A program made the translations under genes and the position numbers. Positions 53,965 through 64,000 of a DNA stretch of 64,000 nucleotides are shown one piece after another. The DNA lies in the NCBI GenBank assembly GCA_002269645.1, contig NIVC01003727.1, positions 53,172 to 117,171 of the forward strand. The letters run 5' to 3'. Each line of letters starts with the position of its first letter. Within the stretch, counting starts at the first letter, position 1. Origin of the DNA: Macrostomum lignano (Eukaryota). The notes below the pieces were generated by a model. The model saw only the letters and a program-made list of their open reading frames with translations, did no database searches and was not told the origin of the DNA.

Positions 53965-54827
53965 CTGATATTTTGTTACTGTTAGTATTTTTTTTATTTC
54001 TTGTAATACAAAACTTTTAACAAATTTATTGTCTCACTCTTCTCTCTCTCAGTTGAAACCGTCTTGCTAGTGGTGATTGTAGGCTATATTATTGATATTA
54101 ATACTTTGTTATGATTAAGATAATAAATAACTTAAAAACGTAATATATTTACTTGCTTGTTTGTTAATTTCTCTAATTCATTCTCTAACGTCGCAAGATA
54201 TGTATAACTATGTATATAACTATAAGGATACAAATAGATCAATAGTAGCATTATTAAATTTGTATTATTAATTAGTTAAACGATAATGCCTTAGACTTAT
54301 CACATACGCTTATAGGTTTGCTTTATTATGCATTCGCACTGATAACTGAATGCACTTTGTATAGCTCACAACTCCTGTACTCATGAGCGGGCCTTCATTG
54401 GAGTAGGAAGCTCCAAATTCGTGCAACCACTTTGCGGAGGCACACCCGCATCGAAGTTGTACTTGGGTTACTTCGACTCCACCACAAGATAGCCTCGATC
54501 CTGATTGGCCTACATGTATTTATCAACCATTTACCGGTGCAAAATCGAAATATATTGGCCTTCACTAAGATAAGTAGCCTTAAAAAGTATCTTTTTATGA
54601 GCACATAATAACGTTGGTTCTTCTGATCAACTGAAACGAATTCCCATTTGTTGCAAATTTTATCAACTTTTGTCCCGGCCACAGGTAAACTTAATAAAAA
54701 CTGGGTATCAGCATTGTCTTCGAAGGTTTTCGGTATATTTTTATCAAGCAGACGAAAAAAAGCCTTCTATTACCTCACAAGGTTACTCATATAGATACAA
54801 TACGCCCGTAGCTCGCATGCTTCTTCC

Positions 54828-55148
54828 TCACGAAGCTGGATCCTCCTGAGACCCCGACTGCTCAGAAGTTGACTCAATCCTGGAGTAATACTGGCCGTTA
54901 TATCTCCAGCGGCTCTTGCTCATGGACGCCTGGAACACCTGGGATCCAGGTGGCACCGGTCGCTTCTTAGCCGCCGTCCGCGGGCTGAGGATCTGATCGC
55001 TGCCGTCCTGCAGCGTCGGCTCGACGGTTGACTGGCGGTGCACAAAGGAGAAGCCGGGCAGGGCCCTCAGGTCCACGGCTGACTGCCCGCTTGCTGGCAT
55101 CTCCACAGCGTCAGCTGCAGCCTCGTAGCTGCCGCTCTGCGACTCCAT
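54828..55148 (-). CDS. Hypothetical 106-aa ORF or exon of an unknown gene
   Basis: GC-rich non-repetitive ORF with an acceptor-like CGGCAG 10 nt upstream of the ATG and a possible donor near its end. No recognisable domain. Confidence 0.3.
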   Translation of the reverse strand: MESQSGSYEAAADAVEMPASGQSAVDLRALPGFSFVHRQSTVEPTLQDGSDQILSPRTAAKKRPVPPGSQVFQASMSKSRWRYNGQYYSRIESTSEQSGSQEDPAS

Positions 55149-55604
55149 GCTTCAACTCCTGCCGACACAGGCTGCAGACTGCATTTGAGATTTTGCTCTC
55201 TGAATTTATGCTTTTGTTGTGCGACGAGTCTTTTACAAGGCCTCCCACGGCTCAATTAATTTGATTGTCTTGGTCATACCCTGTCTGTTGTTTTAACGAC
55301 CTGGCACAGCTCGCGCTGAGCACGGCTCACAGCCTGCATATTTTTGCAATTGTTGTATTTTATGCTTTTTTCACTGCGCAACCCAGTTTTACGATCTGCA
55401 TTTATGGGAGACCTGCCTGGCTGTTTTTTATGGCATGGACGAGACGGAGGGGCGGATCTGCTCAAGCTCTGTCAGCTTATTACGTCTCCATCAAACTTCT
55501 GGTTGTAACAACCAGAGGGTTTGACCGTGCTTTATTTATTGCCTCCGATGCCTTTGTGTTTTACTCTCACCCCATTCGCCTTCATCTCCAATGCAAATAT
55601 GCTA

Positions 55605-55825
55605 CTCCGTCTCCATGTCACTCTCTCCCTCCGTCTCCCTGTCACTCTCTCCCTCCGTCTCCCTGTCACTCTTCATCCGTCTCCTTGTCACTCTCCCTCC
55701 GTCTCCCTGTTACTCTTCACCCGTCTCCCTGTCACTCGCCCTCCGTCTCCCTGTTACTCTTCACCCGTCTCCCTGTCACTCTTCATCCGTCTCCATGTCA
55801 CTCTCCCTCTGTCTCCCCTGTCACT
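55605..55825. repeat. Pyrimidine-rich CCGTCTCCCTGTCACTCT repeats; related copies at 57841-57970
   Basis: Imperfect tandem units. Confidence 0.8.
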
Positions 55826-58800
55826 CTTCATTTTGATGAGGACGCACTTTTTCCCAAATCCCGCGCTAGCACATGGGCTCTAAACTTACTAGACTACTGA
55901 CAGCAGGCTAAGGGCATTTTTATTCTTTTTCTGCGAATTGTCATAGAATCTATACTAGATATAATGTTTGGTCATACTAGTAGTCATAATAACATAGGCG
56001 CAGCTTTTTGGGTCATAAATCATCGCTTTCGAAGCTGGTCTGACAGCCACCTGCGCCTCACTCGGTGTTGAGGCTGGCGCCAGATGGTCTGAGAGGATGC
56101 GGGCAGCAGGTTTTTTCTCATCATTTTGACAGGCCATCAAGATTTATGAGGTCAGAGCCTATTGTTCGTGTTCACTCAAGCGTGTGACAGCTTTGACAGC
56201 TATGCGTTTTACCCCTAAAAGTACTTTGGGATTAGCGATTAGCGATTTCTCTTCATTATCTTCAATTTCTATTTAGTAAGAGCTTTCTAATGTATATTTT
56301 TTCATTAATTTCTGTCAATCCTACGCGAAAAGTCATAAATCATTTTGTTGCGATTTTGATTGATTTATGGCCGCACCTGTCATCTTTTTACGATCCTGTG
56401 GGAACTGATAGGATCTCCCGGTCACGTGATTCTGGGTAGCAACAAGCTTAGCCAATCAGAAAATTCGGCGCTCATTTTAACAAAACGGCTCAGCCAATCA
56501 GAATCGACGTGTTCCATTATAACAAACTGCGGTCCAGTTGGCGGCTATTTAAACCGGAGTTTTTGGCCCGCTCGGACTCGAACCTCCGTGGAACCTCCTG
56601 GGAACTTGGCCTAGCTTGAGACCTCCCGGAGCCTGACCGTCGTTTCTTGATCCCCGGATTGCGACTTCCCCCCCCCCCATCATCATCAAGGACGAGTCCC
56701 CCGGTCATCAGCAGCGAACATCAAGTGAAGAGCATCACCTGCTAGCTAACAGCGAAGATTGTGACAGTATCATCCCGAGTCTACAGCTGCAGAGCATCAA
56801 GCCGATTCGGTCACTGTGGATTACCTGGTCTCCGGCTGTTGAGTTTCTGATTGGTTGGGTGAGAGGCTGCCTAGACTTGCTTGATTGGGTGATCCCTCAT
56901 CTGTCTCCTGTTTCAGTAGCTGGATTAGGCGCACACTTTTGCTCATTTTGTTCAGTAGTGCTGTAATCGAGGCAGAAGTCATTCAATAATACTGCTAGTA
57001 GTCTAAAACTCCAATTCAATCTGAAGTGTGAAGTGATCTAAGGAGGTTAAATCTAACAGTTATTTTTATCGGTTTTATTTCTTTGTTCGCCGATGGCTCA
57101 GATGAGTAGCTAAGCTAGTAGGCGCCGGTCACAGTGGACCAATGGCAAGGCAGTTCTCAGTCGATCAATCTATCAAATCAGTGAGCAAAGCTGCCAGGAG
57201 TGCAGAATCGGCTCCAGAGGTGTACTCTGTGCACTCTAGGTTCGCCAAGCGGCTCGGGTGATGAATCATGCGGTCTCTGAAGTTCGAGTTAGTCTATCAT
57301 CAGCGCTAGGAGAGGCTAGTTGGCGCGTTGAAGGCCAAAAGTACAAACCTTCGTATTTAGCAATGTAATAGTACATGTAGCTACCCCATAGACTCGCCAC
57401 CGCAAGAATCCCCTGCACAAGTCCCCTCTGTGTACCTGCATGGCCAATGCGATCTAGTCCCAGCAGTGTCCCTTATCATCGGCTATGACTTCGAGATTGA
57501 CAGCAAAAAGACACTAGTTGGCAGGTAAGTGCAAAGCCCCTTCTAGTCGGAAGCCCGATTTCGAGAGTCCCGGTGTGGTGAGCCAGGGCGCACAGTCTGG
57601 TGGCAGCAAGTTAGTTGATCTGCGGATTAGCTAATTTCTACCTTCGAAATTCTCCCTGCTCGTCTCTCGCTTAGTCCCTCTCTTAGCTATAGGACCTAGA
57701 CTGCTCGCCACACGATCAAGCTACCATGGGGCTGACCATCTGACAGGAGTGGGGGGCCAGGTCTCTAATTGATTTATTTCTGAGCCTGAGGCCCGAAGGC
57801 TTCCCTAACAAGGAGCCCGAAGGTCGAAACCCATCAATTTCATCCGTCTCCCTGTTACTTTTCACCTGTCTCCCTGTCACTCGCCTCCGTCTCCCTGTCA
57901 ATCTGACAACGTCTCTCTGTCGATCATCTTTCGTCACCTAATTATCACTCTCCTGTCTCGCTGTCACTCTGCCCCATCTCCTGATCAAAATTCCGAGCTC
58001 TTACAAATGTCTTCCTCCAATGTGTCTTATGATCACAAGCGAAAATTGCTTGTTTGAGCATTGTTATCGACTAATAGTCATGTCACGTGGTCTTTGCTAA
58101 TAGTAAAGTAGAATGCACTTCGTTTAAATTTTAATAAGTCTGCATGAATCTTAGATATATACATGTAATTATTATCGAATGGACCATCTGATTTGCAATA
58201 GCCATCTCTAGCTATAAACAGATTATGAACAAGCCAAAACAGCTCTCTTTTTAAACATGTAGTCAACTCAACTGCCCCGTGATCGATCATCTATTTGATC
58301 GCGCCCTGTTGCCATGGTCCGTTCAACATGTTAGCAACCTGACTTTTGAAAATGGCTTGGACGCCTGAGTTAAAGCTGAATTAACCGCCTGTGGTTGGTT
58401 AGCGGACGTGACACATAAGTGACTGCAGGGAGACGCGGAGGAAGAGTGACGGCGACGGATGGAGAATGCCCTGCCTAGGAATCTTTTTTAAATTAAAATC
58501 GATAAACTCGCAAATAAGCAAATACGAGCGTATCGGCTGTGTTCACTTCACTAAAATAAAAATTTTTGGTCTGAATATTCAGCTTTGAACAAATTGAAAT
58601 TTATACCTTCGCTGCTAATTCAACACGATTGAAATTAAAATTGAAGCGATTAAATTAAAATTTCGAAATATTTCTCAACAACTAGGGCTTCGCATCACAA
58701 GAAGCATAATTTCCAAGAACCAACCTTACATAACATCACCATAAAGCATTTTACCAAGGACTACTCAAGTATTCCTTACATTTTACATGTGGAGGTTCCA

Positions 58801-59822
58801 CCTATACATTTAATTACATTACATTAGGTCGCATTATCAGTACAAGTACACTCTGTGTAATTGTGCATGCGTGGTTCTGTTCTATTATAGATGCTGCTGA
58901 CGACTGCATGATGATACATTTAGTAGGTAGGGCCGGGCCTAGCAATGCATGGGCCTAGACGAACATAGCCGTTGAGTTGAGTACAGAAGGTCAGAAACAT
59001 TTATTTTGTTTTCAAGATGTAGTCCTAAAGAAAAGAAAAGCAGCAATCAACAATAGTTTTAGTCATTCTTAATTTAGATCTTTGCTTTTTTGCAATAATT
59101 TACAAGTGTGTTTGCTATAGCCTATATTAACATAATAGAAACTGCTAAGTAACACAGTAGGACTAGCAATGCATGCAGTGCCCAATATTGATATAGGCCC
59201 CTAATGCTGAATAAATATTATGAAAAAAATTGGACCATCTTCTTAATTCCAATGTAGGCCTATGCAAAGCTTGTATGGCCAATGCCTAAGCTAGTATAAA
59301 CCAACCTGATTTATTTAAATTCATTAGGCCCTAGGCCTATTTATTATTATTTAACTTTTGTTTAAAAAAACAAACAAATTGTTTCTTTATTTTTTATTAT
59401 TAGGACTAACATTATATTAAATTTAGGCTTTTAAAAATAGATTGCCATTATTATTTATTACTAGGCCTATATATTAGCCTTAGTAGATTATTATACTTAT
59501 ATGCCTAGTATTAATTATACTATTATGTATTAATATTATTCAGTTATAATTTTAATATAATAGCTATAATGGCTATATTGGGTCTTAGACTTAGTGCACT
59601 TTTAGGCAACATTGTCATGTACTTAGTAAGAGGCATTATTGAATATTGTATATTTTGCTTACTCTTCTAAATTGGCATATAAAATAATATATATACATAT
59701 AAAATGATATAGATATATGATCATGTAAGAATATATAGGCTTATAATATCATCAAAGTATTAAAATAGAAGAATAAAATAACTTTGTTATTCCATGCAAT
59801 ATATGCATAAGATATTAATCTA

Positions 59823-60566
59823 TATACAAAGGGTGCTAGCTGGGATAGTGATCATTTGGGCACTACTTTCTACAATAGCATCTAAATTGCCTAAATGAGT
59901 AGGTAGTTTGAAGAAAAACTATTAATGGTCTAGATGAGTGTTGATTTTTTTTCTCTAGCACTTTTATTAGCTGAGTTATAGCCCATCACGTGGTTATATC
60001 TACAGACATAAATTGCAATTTTCACCAGCTGCTAAAAGATAAAAGTCTAAAGCCACTAGGATTGGAGGGTCAGGGGTCAAACAGGGACACAATCGTTCTT
60101 GAAAAATCTTAAGCAAAAGAATCAAATGTCATCACAATCATCGCAATCTTCCTCTCAGCGATCACCTTTGCCCACTTCTTCGAGAGCTTGTTGATAGCCT
60201 GCCAATACATGGAGCAGAATTCCTGCGAGCAAATCAGATGCATCACCTTAGCTTCCACTTGCACATGGTCGCTGCCAAGCACTCAACCCTGCATGAGCTG
60301 CTTAAATGCACCAAATACTCTGTAGTTGCAGGGTGATATACCTGGTGATATGTCACCCGCAACTAGTGAAATTGCAATTTATGGCCATAGATATCACCAC
60401 GTGATAGGCCATAACTCAGCTAATAAGTGCTAGAGAAAAAAATCAACACTCATCTAGACCATTGATAGTTTTTCTTTAAACTACCTGCTCCTTTAGGCAA
60501 TTTAGATGCCATTGTAGAAAGTAGCATGCCCAAATGATCACTATCCCAGCTAGCACCCTTTGTATA
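59823..60566. mobile_element. Mariner-derived foldback element: about 220-bp inverted arms around a transposase C-terminal relic, TA-flanked
   Basis: TATACAAAGGGTGCTAGCTGGGATAGTG...CACTATCCCAGCTAGCACCCTTTGTATA. The centre (60345 to 60130, minus strand) reads PGISPCNYRVFGAFKQLMQG*...INKLSKKWAKVI, the mariner SPDLxPxDYxLF...KLxxRWxKV region. Confidence 0.88.
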
Positions 60567-61689
60567 AGATAGTATAGGCCTACTATTGCTTTAAAGTACA
60601 AAAACTTACTATATAACTATATACTATAGACTACCATATACTGTATACCAGGCAATTGGCTATAGACTATGGTCAAGACTATGTCATTTAAGAGACTTAT
60701 TTATTATAGACTAGAAAATTATTTAGTATAGGGGCCTAGTATTGCCATTTAGTTTTATTTTAAATGTGTAGTTGATAGCTAAATAAATCATTTTAAAATC
60801 ATTTTAATAAATCATTTAGTGCATCTACTCAATGATTGCAAAAATAGTTTTTTGGTTGCCTATAAATTACCTATAAACCCTTGAATTACTAACTCTATAA
60901 AAGCCATGACTATTGTTGCTCTATTGCTTAGATTAAAAGTTAGAAAATAAAGTTGCTTTGCTTTCTTTGTTTTAGTGCTTTATGATATTTGCTTAATAAG
61001 CTTTTGAATTCTGTAGATACAAATAATCATATTAACAACAAGAAAATAATTTAATGAATAGTTCTGCAATATAGTCTTATATATATACACACTCCATTGT
61101 GCCTTGGGATTGGCCTTCAAGAGCATTCTTTAAATCTACAAGATAAAGGGATAAAATATATAATCCTAATTTCTAATGTAGCAATATAGAAATGGTTCTA
61201 TTTTCTTATATTTTTATCTAGATTCAACTACTTAGAAATATATAGAAATGGCATAAATGATTGACAAGCATAAATAGCTCTATAGACATTTAAATAACAT
61301 GGCAATCAGGTCCTAAAGGATTTGGCCATAAAAGTCTAATAAAAATTGTATTTAAAAAGACTAAAGGTACTATGCTAATAATGCTTTTTAATTCAATTCA
61401 ACTTGTCTCAGTTTGACTTAACTCAATTCCAATGATGCTATAGGCTTGGCAGACACCAATATTATACATTTGCAGTCTCCCAAATTTATGCTGGCTATTT
61501 GACTTAGTTTTAAACAAAAATACTAATTTAGTTGGCTCCAGTTGCAACTCAGCTCTAGTTATTTATTTTTTTAGTTAGCCATAATGATTTGATTTTAAAT
61601 TCATACCTTCACCCTGAAAATGGTTTAAAATAATAATAACTAACCTTTGAAAATACTGCATGAACTAGAAGTTAACAAGCAAACATTAA

Positions 61690-63257
<1,568 letters not shown>

Positions 63258-63309
63258 AGGCACTGTCTGATCTAGTCACACTGGGCTTCATTTAGCTTCT
63301 TGTTATGGA

Positions 63310-64000
63310 TTTCAGTTGCTGTGAGATCCGCAACTGAGATGGGGATTTCAGTTGCTGTGAGATCCGCAACTGAGATGGGGGATTTCAGTTGCTGTGGGAT
63401 CCCCTACTGAGATGGGGGATTTCAGTTGCTGTGAGATCCCCAACTGAGATGGGGGATTTCAGTTGCTGTGAGATCCCCAATTGAGATGGGGGATTTCAGT
63501 TGCTGTGAGATCCCCAATTGAGATGGGGGATTTCAGTTGCTGTGAGATCCCCAATTGAGATGGGGGATTTCAGTTGCTGTAAGATCCCCAATTGAGATGG
63601 GGATTTCAGTTGCTGTGAGATCCCCAATTGAGATGGGGGATTTCAGTTGCTGTGAGATCCCCAATCGAGATGGGGATTTCAGTTGCCTTGAGGTCCCCAA
63701 CTGCCATGGGATTTCAGTTTCTGTGGGATCCCCAATCGAGATGGGGGATTTCAGTTGCCTTGAGATCCCCAACTGCCATGGGATTTCAGTTGCTGTGAGA
63801 TCCCCAACTGCCATGGGATTTCAGTTGCTGTGAGATCCCCAACTGCCATGGGATTTCAGTTGCTGTGAGATCCCCAATCGAGATGGGGGGTTTTCAGTTG
63901 CCTTGAGATCCCCAACTGCCATGGGATTTCAGTTTCTGTGGGATCCCCAATCGAGATGGGGGATTTCAGTTGCCTTGAGATCCCCAACTGCCATGGATTT
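63310..64000. repeat. 38-39-bp minisatellite (GGGATTTCAGTTGCTGTGAGATCCCCAATTGAGATGGG), runs off the window end
   Basis: Tandem array downstream of PQLC1. Confidence 0.94.

Noticed and set aside
57770-57835. Hammerhead-like GAGCCCGAAGGTCGAAAC
   Set aside because: The CUGANGA core is not intact and stems I and III cannot be formed convincingly.

Overview
Eukaryotic (animal) genomic DNA with spliceosomal introns and very many minisatellites. The repeat load, GC-rich poly-Ala exons and gene content suggest a free-living flatworm such as Macrostomum; this is inference, not proven. Most long ORFs in the supplied track are artefacts of tandem repeats. Recognisable genes: an otopetrin proton channel (possibly fused to an upstream Ala-rich protein), LRR1, an ARHGAP9/12/15/27-type PH-RhoGAP, AHCY (with a GC-AG intron), a BIR-UBA-RING IAP-like gene, PQLC1/SLC66A2, and a single-pass membrane protein with a PPxY motif. 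The most interesting material is split by introns and so is invisible in the ORF track. (1) A tandem cluster of four two-exon receptor genes at 9.4-18.8 kb, each with signal peptide, one 4-Cys TNFR/BCMA-like module ending in F-x3-H-x-x-C, a Ser/Thr stalk, a TM helix and a divergent tail, and each with a Rel-type palindrome 90-130 bp upstream of the ATG. (2) A 51-aa secreted 4-Cys peptide ending in Gly-Lys, next to a broken tandem copy. Mobile DNA includes an RTE-like LINE relic, two mariner relics (one seeded a minisatellite, one became a long-TIR foldback), a palindromic MITE and two CORE-type tRNA-SINEs. Several 1-nt frameshifts, including one in conserved PQLC1, suggest consensus indel errors, so pseudogene calls are provisional.
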